Shown here piece by piece: positions 1 through 9,561 of a stretch of DNA of 64,000 nucleotides. Under the pieces are notes generated by a model. It had not been told where the DNA came from, did no database searches, and saw only the letters and a list, made by a program, of their open reading frames with translations. The stretch covers positions 1,492 to 65,491 of the forward strand of contig CBDFIW010000001.1 in the NCBI GenBank assembly GCA_965248255.1, read 5' to 3'. Position 1 is the first letter of the stretch. The number at the start of each line of letters is the position of its first letter. The translations under genes and the position numbers were made by a program. This DNA comes from Bryobacterales bacterium (GTDB lineage: Bacteria > Acidobacteriota > Terriglobia > Bryobacterales > UBA6623).

Positions 1-943
1 TCTTGATATCCGTCTGGGTGAGCGAGACAAGGGCCCCGTAGAGCGCTGTCGTTCCGCCGACGACCGCAATGACGGTCATCGTCGATGGGGCAAGCACTAA
101 CAGGGGGCTGAACCGAACCAGCAGAAAAGGACCGGCGTTCACCATCGTGGCGGCATGGATCAGGGCCGAAACTGGTGTCGGAGCTTCCATTGCGAACGGC
201 AGCCAGATGTGGAGCGGAACTTGCGCAGACTTCCCCACACAGCCAATGAAGAGAAGGGTCGTAATCAGCGTATTGGCTCCGACCTTCCACTCCGAGCCCA
301 GCCAACCCAGGAGGTTGATGCTCTGTCCACTGATACTCGGGGCGGCCGCCAGAATCTGCTGAATATCAAGGGTCCCATACGTGGCAAACGTCACCACCAC
401 TCCGAACCCGAAGCCGAGATCCGCCACAGCGTTGGTCAAGAAGGCCTTCGTCGCTGCTCTGCCCGCTGCGTTTCGCTCGGCCCAATGAGAAATCAGCAAA
501 TAGGAGCAGATCCCCATGATCTCCCAAAGCATGAACGTCATCAGCAGGCTGTTGCTCATGACGAGCGTCACCATGGCGAAAGTGAACAGTGTCGTAACGG
601 CAAAGAAGCGCCGGTAACGCGGATCCCCGATCATGTACCGCGATGAATAGACGTGTACGACAAAACTCACACCAGTAACCAGGAGGAGCAATAAGACCGT
701 AAGCTGGTCTATGTACAGGCTCAGGTCAACGACGAGGCTTCCTACTTGGATCAGTCGATAGAGCGAGACCGAGATCGGCCCGCCGATCGATACGCTGACC
801 AGTGCCGCTACCGAGAGGGCGAACGACAGTCCAACCGCGGGAACCCCAATCCGATGACTTGTCTCAGCGAATACCCGCCCGCTCAGGGCCAGGGTCAGAA
901 ACGCCGTCAATGGCAGCAGTGGAATGAGTATGAAGATCGACAT
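1..943 (-). CDS. NuoL/MrpA/DabB-like proton-translocating antiporter subunit (N-terminal part; gene runs off the window start)
   Basis: Own translation of the minus strand from ATG at 943-941 gives MSIFILIPLLPLTAFL... It carries ND5/NuoL hallmarks WEIMGICSYLLISHW and GKSAQVPLHIWLPFAMEAPTPVSALIHAATMVNAG. It is absent from the ORF track because there is no stop inside the window. It starts 28 nt downstream of the mrpD stop. Confidence 0.85.
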   Translation of the reverse strand, partial: MSIFILIPLLPLTAFLTLALSGRVFAETSHRIGVPAVGLSFALSVAALVSVSIGGPISVSLYRLIQVGSLVVDLSLYIDQLTVLLLLLVTGVSFVVHVYSSRYMIGDPRYRRFFAVTTLFTFAMVTLVMSNSLLMTFMLWEIMGICSYLLISHWAERNAAGRAATKAFLTNAVADLGFGFGVVVTFATYGTLDIQQILAAAPSISGQSINLLGWLGSEWKVGANTLITTLLFIGCVGKSAQVPLHIWLPFAMEAPTPVSALIHAATMVNAGPFLLVRFSPLLVLAPSTMTVIAVVGGTTALYGALVSLTQTDIK

Positions 944-971
944 CCTGTAAATGTGTCTCGTTATTCCCTGT

Positions 972-2441
972 TCACAAGCCCAGACGACTCGTCGCCTGCA
1001 GCAACACCTGCACAATCCGGTCACTCCACAACCCTAGACCTACGATGGCTACCGAAAGCACTCCGGCGCTGAAGCGTAGTTGGAGAGGAGTCTCAACCTC
1101 CGGAGAACTCGGACCCGTCTGGCCGTCTCGCAGCATGCGTTCCAGGACCTGTATGAAATAGGCCATGGTCAGCAGCGTCGTGAGCAAGATGGCCGCAACT
1201 GCTGCGTAGTTTTCTTTCTCGATCGCACTGAGCACGATGTACCACTTTCCAAAGAAACCACCCGTTGGGGGGAGGCCGATCATCGAGATTGCCGCCACGA
1301 CGAATCCGGTGATTATCCAAGGAGTCGGTAGCCGCGTGCGGCCGAGATCGTCGAGAGTTCGAGCTCCGTACCGCCAACCGACGGCGCCGGCCATGATGAA
1401 CAACAGGCACTGCATCACAGCGTCATTGATTAGGTAGAACAAGCCGCCGGCTACACCTGTCTGATTACCCTGACCCACGCCGACAAGTGCGAGTCCGATG
1501 TGCGCCAGACCCCCGTAGGCGAACCTTCGTTTCAGGTTCTGCTGTGTCAGTGCGAGAACCGCGCCGCCGACCGATGCAAGGGCGCCTACAACCCACAGCA
1601 GCCCGAACATCTTAATAACCCTTTCGTCGTTTCCCGCCGGCAAGACCCAGTACAGAATCCGAATCCAAGCAAGCAGCGCGACCTTCGTCACCAACGCAGC
1701 CAAGAGCGGCGAAACCGCGTCAGGAGCTTCTGTATAGGCGTCGGGCAACCATCCGTGCAGCGGCATCAGCGCCATCTTGATGCCAAGCCCGATGAACATG
1801 AAACTCAGTCCGCCGATCACCGCTTTAGAGGCGAGGAGGTCCGGCACGCGTTGCGCCAGGTCGGCCATGTTCAGGGTGCCTGTCGCCGCATAGAAGTAGC
1901 CCACACCTAGCAAGTAGAACGAAGCGCCCAGCGAGCCCATGATGAGATATCGAAAGGCGGATACCAGGGACCGCCCGCCTGGGACACCCACGAGCGCGTA
2001 TCCTGACAGCGCCGCTATCTCGAGGAAGACGAATACGTTGAAAAGGTCTCCGGCAAAGACAATGCCGGTCAGGCCGGACACCAGGGTCAGAAGGATCGCG
2101 TGGTAGGGCACGGTGCGGCCCCCCAACTCCGTCCCCGCTTCGTGGCGTGTATGAAGCAGCGAGAGGAAAGCGAGCGCACTGAGTGCGAATGCCATGATGC
2201 CGGCGATCTCATCGGCTACCCATTCGATTCCGGCGGGCGGCGCCCATCCGCTGAGGGCGTATCGGATCTCGCCGTGGCTCAAGATCCTCCACAAGGTCGC
2301 CGCCGAAAGAAGGAACATAGCCCCAAGAGCCGTCAACGCAAGCGGACGGCAGCGTCCCGGATCTTTCAAGCCGACAAGCGGCATACAAATCGCCGCCAGA
2401 AACGGAACGAGGAAAACGAGTATGGGAAGGTGATCGCTCAT
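972..2441 (-). CDS. mrpD: Mrp/Mnh antiporter subunit D (NuoM/N-like proton-conducting membrane transporter)
   Basis: 489 aa polytopic protein. Motifs FNVFVFLEIAALSGYALV and PLHGWLPDAYTEAPDAVSPLLAALVTK are typical of the MnhD/NuoN family. Its ATG overlaps the mrpC stop (ATGA). Confidence 0.88.
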   Translation of the reverse strand: MSDHLPILVFLVPFLAAICMPLVGLKDPGRCRPLALTALGAMFLLSAATLWRILSHGEIRYALSGWAPPAGIEWVADEIAGIMAFALSALAFLSLLHTRHEAGTELGGRTVPYHAILLTLVSGLTGIVFAGDLFNVFVFLEIAALSGYALVGVPGGRSLVSAFRYLIMGSLGASFYLLGVGYFYAATGTLNMADLAQRVPDLLASKAVIGGLSFMFIGLGIKMALMPLHGWLPDAYTEAPDAVSPLLAALVTKVALLAWIRILYWVLPAGNDERVIKMFGLLWVVGALASVGGAVLALTQQNLKRRFAYGGLAHIGLALVGVGQGNQTGVAGGLFYLINDAVMQCLLFIMAGAVGWRYGARTLDDLGRTRLPTPWIITGFVVAAISMIGLPPTGGFFGKWYIVLSAIEKENYAAVAAILLTTLLTMAYFIQVLERMLRDGQTGPSSPEVETPLQLRFSAGVLSVAIVGLGLWSDRIVQVLLQATSRLGL

Positions 2442-2833
2442 TCCAGTTTCTTGAGGATCTCGTCCTCGTCCAGGCTGCCGTACTTCTTATAGATCCCGGC
2501 GACCAAGGCAAGCGAGACACCAAGCGTCGCCACTTGCACGACGATCGCAGTCAGGGTCAGCACGTGTGGCAATGGATTCACGTAGGCCTCCGGCTGAACG
2601 GCCGTTTCGCCGGGCATAAGAATCGGAACCGTCGCTCCGTCCTTGGCACTGGTGGTGACAAGGAAGAAAATGACACTCGTCTGAACCAAATAGAGCCCAA
2701 TCAGTTTCTTCACGAGATTGTGGTGCGTGACCGTGATGTAGACCCCCCACAGGAACAAGATGACGAACGCGATGAAGTTCGGCCTCTGTAACCAGGCCTG
2801 CACGAGCTCAACCATGAGAGTCTCCGTTGCCAC
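2438..2833 (-). CDS. mrpC: Mrp/Mnh antiporter subunit C (NuoK-like)
   Basis: Small 3-TM protein with the expected size and operon position for MnhC. The track start at 2833 is GTG. An ATG at 2815 avoids overlap with mrpB and may be the true start. Confidence 0.8.
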   Translation of the reverse strand: MATETLMVELVQAWLQRPNFIAFVILFLWGVYITVTHHNLVKKLIGLYLVQTSVIFFLVTTSAKDGATVPILMPGETAVQPEAYVNPLPHVLTLTAIVVQVATLGVSLALVAGIYKKYGSLDEDEILKKLE

Positions 2834-3290
2834 TAACGACCGACAGACTGTAGACGATCGAGATCGCCGTCACCGCGACATCGACAGCCACGCCGATCTG
2901 CGTCAGCAGGATTCCCAGAAAGCGGCGCGCCGGCGCGGCCAGGCCCGGAACCTCCAGCTCGGCATAGTTCAGGAACTGCCCGCCGCCGATCAGACATAGT
3001 CCACCGACGGCTGCGAAAATCATCAGTCCCACACCGTCGGCCTTCGTGATTCTCTTTGCCACCATCGTCGGCCGGTCAGTAGGACCGAAGACGAGAATCC
3101 CCAGGATGAGACTCGTCCCCAGCATGACCCCGCCCACAAAGCCGCCCCCCGGGCCGTACTGACCGAAGAAGAGGATGTAGACCGCGAAGATCTGAACCAG
3201 GGGAATGAGTCCCCCGCTCAATCGCCGCACAATAATGCTGTCGTGTGGTGACTCGATCACGTCGTGTCTCTCCTCAGCAGCAGCCAGCAC
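2808..3290 (-). CDS. mrpB: Mrp/Mnh antiporter subunit B
   Basis: Membrane protein with an MnhB-like segment (LIPLVQIFAVYILFFGQYGPGGGFVGG). An alternative GTG start at 3260 overlaps the upstream stop as GTGA. Confidence 0.75.
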   Translation of the reverse strand: MLAAAEERHDVIESPHDSIIVRRLSGGLIPLVQIFAVYILFFGQYGPGGGFVGGVMLGTSLILGILVFGPTDRPTMVAKRITKADGVGLMIFAAVGGLCLIGGGQFLNYAELEVPGLAAPARRFLGILLTQIGVAVDVAVTAISIVYSLSVVSGNGDSHG

Positions 3291-3787
3291 GCGATTCCGG
3301 CCGTGAAAATCACGGCCGTCTCCATCAGGGTGTCGAGGGCGCGGTAATCCATCAGAACGGCGGTTACGACATTCGGGGTCTGCGTGTCAGCGAGGCTGTT
3401 CTCGAGATAAAAAGGCGATACGTGCGTGCTGGCCGGAGACGCCGGATCGCCGAACGCGGCGAGGTCGTTCGCGGCGTAGAGCAACAGCAGCCCAAGAAGG
3501 GGCAGACCCACCACGGCGGCGATGGGCGGCGGCGTACGCCGAATCAAAGTGTCGCGGGGGTCAGTCCCAAACAAAGTCAGGACAAAGAAGACCGTCGCCA
3601 AGCCGGCGCCCACGACTGCCTCGACAAAAGCCACGTCAACCGCTCCGAGCCATGCCCAGACGAGTGCGAGAAAGAAGCTATACGACCCCAGGATGAGGAC
3701 GGCGCTCAGGAGGTCCTTCACGACGATGGCCCCACCCGCCGTCAAGATCAGCAGGACCAGCAAGGGTAATTCGAACGAATACGTCAT
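3257..3787 (-). CDS. MrpA C-terminal/MbhD-like (DUF4040) plus MnhB N-terminal-like subunit
   Basis: 176 aa membrane protein. NVVTAVLMDYRALDTLMETAVIFTAGIA matches the conserved MnhB motif (N.VtaIl.dYRg.DTlgE). It sits between mrpG and mrpB, as in Mbh/Mbx-type modules. Confidence 0.7.
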   Translation of the reverse strand: MTYSFELPLLVLLILTAGGAIVVKDLLSAVLILGSYSFFLALVWAWLGAVDVAFVEAVVGAGLATVFFVLTLFGTDPRDTLIRRTPPPIAAVVGLPLLGLLLLYAANDLAAFGDPASPASTHVSPFYLENSLADTQTPNVVTAVLMDYRALDTLMETAVIFTAGIACWLLLRRDTT

Positions 3788-4083
3788 CGCCGATCCTCAC
3801 CCCAAGGCTTCACTCCGGAACGAAGCGCTGCGCGCACCGTCGCATGGCTGATGACCGGGTTGATCAAGTACAGAATCGCCAAGACCACCAGAATTCGAAC
3901 CAAGTTCGGGCTGAAGCCCTGGTTGACCGCCAATCCGGTCAGGAGAAAGAACGCGCCCAGTGAATCCGTGAGTGCGACGGCATGGGAGCGCGTGTATACG
4001 TCGGGTAGGCGCAGCATGCCGAGCGCGGCAACAGCGAGAAAGAACAACCCGACTACGATCAGGGCGATGCTCACGGCGGTCAT
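3784..4083 (-). CDS. mrpG: Mrp/Mnh antiporter subunit G
   Basis: 99 aa, 3 TM. LRLPDVYTRSHAVALTDSLG is typical of MnhG. It has 4-nt overlaps with both neighbours. Confidence 0.85.
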   Translation of the reverse strand: MTAVSIALIVVGLFFLAVAALGMLRLPDVYTRSHAVALTDSLGAFFLLTGLAVNQGFSPNLVRILVVLAILYLINPVISHATVRAALRSGVKPWGEDRR

Positions 4084-4349
4084 GAGGGAGCCCCCCGCTG
4101 TTCGAGGTATTTGGCAATCGCCAAAGCACCCACCAGATTGAGCAGAGCGTACCCGGTGGAAATGTCAACAAACATCTCCACGCGATCGTAGACGGTGCCG
4201 ATGACGACCAACAGAATAATCGCCTTTGTCGAAATTCCATTCAGCCCCAAAACGCGGTCGTAAACGGTAGGTCCGCGAACGACGCGATACAAATAGATGA
4301 TGATCATCACCGCCAAGATGTCTAGCACGAAGAGAAAGAATGTATTCAT
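4080..4349 (-). CDS. mrpF: Mrp/Mnh antiporter subunit F
   Basis: 89 aa. RVVRGPTVYDRVLGLNGISTK is typical of MnhF. It has 4-nt overlaps with mrpE and mrpG. Confidence 0.85.
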   Translation of the reverse strand: MNTFFLFVLDILAVMIIIYLYRVVRGPTVYDRVLGLNGISTKAIILLVVIGTVYDRVEMFVDISTGYALLNLVGALAIAKYLEQRGAPS

Positions 4350-4840
4350 GCCGCACCTTCCCTTGCCTGGAAAACCTCCGCCACCTTGCGCTCCAACCGT
4401 TGGCTATTGAGGTCTTGTAGCGATTCGTCGTCCATGGCATGCACGATGAGCTCATCGCTCCGCGCTTCCGCGGTAACCGTGCCGGGCGTCAATGTGACTG
4501 AGTTACCCAAGAGCACGATGCTCGGTTCGTGGTCCGCCTGAGGTCGATAGCGAACCAACACAGGAGCAATCGGCAACCTCGGGTGGAGAATCAGAAACGA
4601 CAAGTGCAGTCCGCTGACGAAGATCCGTCCGAACAGCCAAGGGAAGAACCGCAAGAGCTGCAGCCAGCGGATTGCAACGTCGGCGGGCCGGGCTGGGTCG
4701 GTATTCAAAAGTGCGACGCCGAATGACGCCACGAGACCGAGAGCGATGTGGGCCGGGCTATAGCTTTCCGTCAGGAGAACCCAAATGACAAAGAGAGCCA
4801 ATGCTTTGTAAGCGAGATGTCTATCGAAAAGGCTGTTCAT
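4346..4840 (-). CDS. mrpE: Mrp/Mnh antiporter subunit E
   Basis: 164 aa with two N-terminal TM segments and GNSVTLTPGTVT, a conserved MnhE motif. It starts 22 nt after the dabA stop. Confidence 0.8.
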   Translation of the reverse strand: MNSLFDRHLAYKALALFVIWVLLTESYSPAHIALGLVASFGVALLNTDPARPADVAIRWLQLLRFFPWLFGRIFVSGLHLSFLILHPRLPIAPVLVRYRPQADHEPSIVLLGNSVTLTPGTVTAEARSDELIVHAMDDESLQDLNSQRLERKVAEVFQAREGAA

Positions 4841-4862
4841 GGAAAAAAGACGACCGGTGGAT

Positions 4863-7800
4863 CTACGCGACCTGTTTCAGCGACAGCGCCTCCCAAGCGG
4901 ATTCAGTGTTGTATCGGTGAAAGGCGTGGGTGTCGGGGTCTAGCGCTAGCAGGTTGACCCAGCCGTTGTGGAATAGTTTCTGGAGGATGTCATGGCGTTC
5001 GATCAGCATCGAAATGCGATCGGTCGGCGCTTCGATGATGGCCAGCAGTCTCATCGGCTCATGATAGTGAAGCGCTCCGTCGTTGACACTTTGCAGCGGA
5101 AGCCCGCTTTGTAGATCGCTTTGGCTTCCAAGCATCACGCCCACACCCGCTACCACGTTGTGGATGACCTTGCTGCCACTACCGTAAACCCAAGGAGCGG
5201 CGGCGGAGTGATAGTACTCCATGTTGATCCATTCGCCGACGATCAGCGGGGCTGTCATGATCTTTTCCAGCAGCCCTCCATCCGGGTCGGCCTCTGGATC
5301 GTAGGAATGCAGGAAGACCCGTCCGTCCAGCGAGAGGCCATGCGTCAGGCTTCGTCTCCCGATGATGAAGCCCACATTGCTCGACAAGCCCCATTCCGGT
5401 CGAGGATTAGCCCAGTCGTCGCTGCGCGCCACCACATGCTCGAAGGCCTTCGCTGCTGACATGTTGGTCGACGTTCCAGGGAGCCGGCCACACCGTTCTT
5501 GAGCCCCATCGGCGCCTGCTTTCTCGAGCACATCCTGCAACACCTGTAGGTCCTCAGCGTGACTCAAGGGCAATTCATCCAGGTCATAGCAACTGAGTCG
5601 ATCGGTCGTCGTATTGTGTTTTCCTGCCAGGAACCACGTATCCTCGGGGATCTCAAGTCCGCTTTGCTTGAGAAGTCTCCGAACCTCGGAACTGTTGGCC
5701 ATGGCGGCGAAGACCCGTGCGTTCGGATCGCCGTGGCTTCCGCCGCAGGCTCCGCAATCGTAGGCGGCCGCGTAGGGATTGTTCTCCGACGTGCTTCCGT
5801 GGCCGGCGACGACCACGAAGCGCCCGAAGTTCTTTGTCAGGCCAATGATCCGCAGCCCGTTGCCCACGAACGTCGCCTGCTCCTCGAGGGTGAAGCCCTC
5901 GGGCAACGCCACGTCTTCGCTGCCTTCGGAATCAGCGTCTGCACGTTCCACCGGTATTCGCGTTGGCACGGCGTTGAAGAACCATCTCTTGATCCGGTCC
6001 CGAATGGCTGCGTACGGTTTCATGACCAGCGTCTTGCCCGCGAGACCGATGGAGAAGAAGAACCCCAATGCATCCACAAGCATGAAGGCGCTGATCGGAT
6101 TCGCCTTCAGATCGTGAAACAGTTCGTCGGAGAGTTGCCACCAACGGCTCCCCGATGCATAGCACTGCAGTGGTTCCTGAGCGCCGGCTCCGGGTGTCTC
6201 GTTCACCGCAAACGAGGGCTTCAGTAGGACGGGGCAGAGCGCCAAACGCCCTGTCGCGTCGAAAGCCTGATGACTGATAGGAATCCCGAAGAAACCGGCG
6301 TAGCCGAACGTCTCGTAGGGCCCCTGTGCCTCGAGGTGCCGGCGAAACGGCTCGGAACGCGCGTCGATACAGAAGATCAATTGCGCGTGAGGGCGGATCT
6401 TCGCTGACTGATCCCCGCCGCGATGAGAAGACAGTTTCCCGACCAGTTCCCTTCGGTATCCATCCTCATACGCTTCTAACCAGACGGCGCTGTGATCATC
6501 CTCAGGAAACACATCCAACCACTCCACCAATGTCTGAGCATCACCCGGAGCAAGCTGTCCCACTTCTTCGGACGTTAGTTCGAGACACTGCGCCAGGTGG
6601 AACAACCGCCACGCACTTCGACACAAGCCGTCCGTCCGAGGGTCACTGTGATGAGAAGGTTCCGCAGTCAGTTCAAGATACTCATCACTATTCGACTGCC
6701 AGTATGTTGTGAGGGCGGACAGAGTTCCCGCGATCCCCCACTCCCGTTGGCACAGCGCGTCTGTCAGCTCGACTTCATAGACCAGACGGACGGCAACGTA
6801 CTGGACGATGTCGATCGGATGCTTCTGTTGACCGGGGTACTCGGGGTTCTCGGTGAGCCAGCGGATAAAACCCGTCCAACCCGGCAGTTGAGCGAACAGC
6901 CGAGACTGATATTCCTTCCTTCGGTCGGGCGGAATCTGCAGCCGATCCAGGCTGAGAGCGATAGCTTCTTCGGCCGAATCCGGCAGTTCACGGATCTTCC
7001 GCGAGAAGTTCTTGATGCCCAGGAAACGGCAGGAAAAGTCGCGCGATGCGAGTTCGCGCCACCCTTTGTAGAAACCGCCTGCCCGCGAGGGCATCTCCCA
7101 GCCGGCCACTCCCTCGTCGAGAAAGGCCGCCGTCCATTTCATCATCTGATCGTTGATCTGTTCGACCAGTGAGGAGCCGGTCAGCGTGTCAAGCCAGTCA
7201 CTGATCGTGCGCTCGGTCGGCAGGGTCGGTTCGGTTGCCGCCGGGGGCGTGTCCTCTCCTTCGGCATCCTGGGGTTCGTGGCTGTCCGAGTCCGCGAGGT
7301 TGAGTGCGGCCAGCGTGGTGTTCCAGAGCTGGCTGACGTACTGCTTCTCTCGATCCTCTGAGGCCTCCGCCGCCTCGACGCGAAGTTTCTCCAGGATGCG
7401 CCGCTTCGATTCATCGGAAAGACCGCCGCAGAACCTCTCGATTCCTTCTTTGGCGTTCAGCGTCCACGTCAAGAGCGACGGCTCCAGCACGTCGATCCCA
7501 TGAAGCAAATGCAGGCGAAAGACCTCGGAGGCCTCAACGTTGCGAGACCCTGCACGGACTCCACCGGAGTCCACGCGCGGGCCAACACGATCCAGGGCTC
7601 CTAGGACGCTCCGCTCCGTGATGCGGCCCTCCCGATAGAGCCGACGGTATTCCTCGTTGGAGAGATAACCCGTTCCACCGAACAGCCTATTCCCTCTCCG
7701 CGCCGCCTCGTCGAACGGCAAATGCTCGAAACCCCGAACCGGGCTGCGGTACGCAAAGGTTTTCAGCGGCCAGATCGGAGATACGGGCTCGCAGGCTTCC

Positions 7801-7877
7801 CCTACTTGCTGACGCAAGTTGTCCCGCCCTTCTGCGGACAAGTTGGCCTTTGGACGCGTGGTCGATTCTGGTGTCAT
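4863..7877 (-). CDS. dabA: DUF2309 family protein, DabA/MpsB-like (putative inorganic-carbon pump catalytic subunit)
   Basis: About 1000 aa. Family hallmarks are IFCIDARSEPFRRHLE...TFGYAGFFG and VVVAGHGSTSENNPYAAAYDCGACGGSHGDPNARV. The track ORF starts at a TTG (7988) that overlaps sulP by 65 nt. The ATG at 7877 (MTPESTT...) leaves a 46-nt gap and is preferred. Confidence 0.9.
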   Translation of the reverse strand: MTPESTTRPKANLSAEGRDNLRQQVGEACEPVSPIWPLKTFAYRSPVRGFEHLPFDEAARRGNRLFGGTGYLSNEEYRRLYREGRITERSVLGALDRVGPRVDSGGVRAGSRNVEASEVFRLHLLHGIDVLEPSLLTWTLNAKEGIERFCGGLSDESKRRILEKLRVEAAEASEDREKQYVSQLWNTTLAALNLADSDSHEPQDAEGEDTPPAATEPTLPTERTISDWLDTLTGSSLVEQINDQMMKWTAAFLDEGVAGWEMPSRAGGFYKGWRELASRDFSCRFLGIKNFSRKIRELPDSAEEAIALSLDRLQIPPDRRKEYQSRLFAQLPGWTGFIRWLTENPEYPGQQKHPIDIVQYVAVRLVYEVELTDALCQREWGIAGTLSALTTYWQSNSDEYLELTAEPSHHSDPRTDGLCRSAWRLFHLAQCLELTSEEVGQLAPGDAQTLVEWLDVFPEDDHSAVWLEAYEDGYRRELVGKLSSHRGGDQSAKIRPHAQLIFCIDARSEPFRRHLEAQGPYETFGYAGFFGIPISHQAFDATGRLALCPVLLKPSFAVNETPGAGAQEPLQCYASGSRWWQLSDELFHDLKANPISAFMLVDALGFFFSIGLAGKTLVMKPYAAIRDRIKRWFFNAVPTRIPVERADADSEGSEDVALPEGFTLEEQATFVGNGLRIIGLTKNFGRFVVVAGHGSTSENNPYAAAYDCGACGGSHGDPNARVFAAMANSSEVRRLLKQSGLEIPEDTWFLAGKHNTTTDRLSCYDLDELPLSHAEDLQVLQDVLEKAGADGAQERCGRLPGTSTNMSAAKAFEHVVARSDDWANPRPEWGLSSNVGFIIGRRSLTHGLSLDGRVFLHSYDPEADPDGGLLEKIMTAPLIVGEWINMEYYHSAAAPWVYGSGSKVIHNVVAGVGVMLGSQSDLQSGLPLQSVNDGALHYHEPMRLLAIIEAPTDRISMLIERHDILQKLFHNGWVNLLALDPDTHAFHRYNTESAWEALSLKQVA

Positions 7878-7923
7878 CGATACCGTCGTTTCAGATACTT
7901 CCCTGTTGAAAATCACACGAGCT

Positions 7924-9561
7924 TCAAGGCCACCGACGCCGAATATGTGCTGCCGTCGGGTACGAGGACACCTTTCGGTGCTGGTCAAGCCCCTTGATAA
8001 CGAGGGTGGCGCCCTGCTCTTGAAACTCCTTCTCCATCTCGTGAAGCTTCTCCATCACCGTGTGGTCAATGAGAGCCGTTTCTGACAGGTCCAGCACCAC
8101 GGGCGACTGGTCCTTCACGGCTTCAAGATGCTTTTTCAATCCGATCCAGGTGCTGAATACCGCCGCGTCCTTCACACGGACCAAAGCCCTGCTTTCATCA
8201 TCGCGTCGAACGTCGACTCCCAGTCGAAACAGTGAGCGCACGGGGGCACCGTTGACGAGATGAATCACCGCCTTTACAGCAATCCCGATGGCGATACCCA
8301 TGAGCAAGTCCGTTGCGAGCACGCCGACGATGGTCGAAACGAAGATGATGAGCTGTTCCCGCCCCACCCGATACATATGAACGAACTCGCGAGGAGACGC
8401 CAACCGGAATCCCGTGAAGACGAGCATCGCCCCAAGCGCTGCCAGTGGGATCTGATTGATCAGGCCGGGGACGAGTGCGACAGAGATAAGTAGGAAAAAC
8501 CCGTGATACATGTTGGCGAAGCGGGTTCTCGCACCGTTGTCAATGTTCGCTCGGCTACGCACGATCTCGGAAATCATGGGTAGCCCACCCACGAAGGCGG
8601 CCACGGTATTACCCACACCGATCGCGAGCAGGTCGCGGTCATGGTTTGTTTTCCTCTTCCAAGGGTCAATCGTATCGACTGCCTTCGCGCTCAAGAGTGA
8701 CTCTACGCTGCCGATCAACGAGAACAGAACGATGTACTTCAATCCGATGCCCGTCGCCACTCCTGAGAAGTCAGGAAACGTCAGCGCGCTAAACATGTTC
8801 TGCGGAACATTGACCAGGAAAGGAGGACCGACGCTGTACTCCGATCCTCCGAACGAGTAGATATGCTCGCGGCCGATTTCAAAATACAGCCCTAGCGGGA
8901 CAGTGATGAGCAGCACCACCATGGGCGCCGGTACGACCTTCACACGCGGATTCTTGATGAAAGGAAACCCGAACATCACGATCAGACTGATGATTCCGAT
9001 CAGCCCGATGACCGGATTCATATTCGCGATGAAGGAGGGAATCTTCGCGATGAGTTCCAAAGGCGACCCTTCCGATCCCAGGCCCAGCGTGACGGGGATC
9101 TGCTTGGCCATGATGATGACGCCGATACTGGCCAGCAAGCCATGGACCGCGGCCGTCGGAAAGAACTCCCCGAGAATGCCCGCCCGAAACAGTCCGAAGA
9201 GAATCTGAATGGCCCCGGCCGCGACGCCGACGCCAAGAGCGAGGCGATATGCCTGGAAATCCGCAGCGGGATCCCTACCGGCCGTAAAACCGAAATCCGT
9301 GACGCAGCCGATCGCGATCACGATAAGACCGGCGGCCGGGCCCTTGATGGTCAGTTCCGAGTTGCTAAAGAAGGTAGCCAGCACCCCGCCGATAATCGCC
9401 GTGAAGATGCCGGCGATCGCAGGATATCCACACGCAAGGGAGATCCCGAGACAAAGCGGTAACGCGATCAGGAAGACGAGAAAACCGGAAAGCAGGTCTG
9501 ACTTCCAGTAAGCCCGGAACCCCGCCGGCGTCCCTATCGGTATTACATCCTGCGTACTCAC
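7924..9561 (-). CDS. sulP: SulP family inorganic anion transporter with C-terminal STAS domain (BicA-like)
   Basis: 545 aa with a polytopic N-terminal region (LIALPLCLGISLACGYPAIAGIFTAIIGG). The C-terminal segment resembles a STAS domain (VVLDLSETALIDHTVMEKLHEMEKEFQEQGATLVIKGL). GTG start. Confidence 0.9.
   Translation of the reverse strand: MSTQDVIPIGTPAGFRAYWKSDLLSGFLVFLIALPLCLGISLACGYPAIAGIFTAIIGGVLATFFSNSELTIKGPAAGLIVIAIGCVTDFGFTAGRDPAADFQAYRLALGVGVAAGAIQILFGLFRAGILGEFFPTAAVHGLLASIGVIIMAKQIPVTLGLGSEGSPLELIAKIPSFIANMNPVIGLIGIISLIVMFGFPFIKNPRVKVVPAPMVVLLITVPLGLYFEIGREHIYSFGGSEYSVGPPFLVNVPQNMFSALTFPDFSGVATGIGLKYIVLFSLIGSVESLLSAKAVDTIDPWKRKTNHDRDLLAIGVGNTVAAFVGGLPMISEIVRSRANIDNGARTRFANMYHGFFLLISVALVPGLINQIPLAALGAMLVFTGFRLASPREFVHMYRVGREQLIIFVSTIVGVLATDLLMGIAIGIAVKAVIHLVNGAPVRSLFRLGVDVRRDDESRALVRVKDAAVFSTWIGLKKHLEAVKDQSPVVLDLSETALIDHTVMEKLHEMEKEFQEQGATLVIKGLDQHRKVSSYPTAAHIRRRWP

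Noticed and set aside
5559-6227. 222-aa plus-strand ORF, plus the other plus-strand ORFs across 69-9511
   Set aside because: All are antisense to the Mrp, DabA and SulP genes, which have strong family motifs. They are shadow ORFs.
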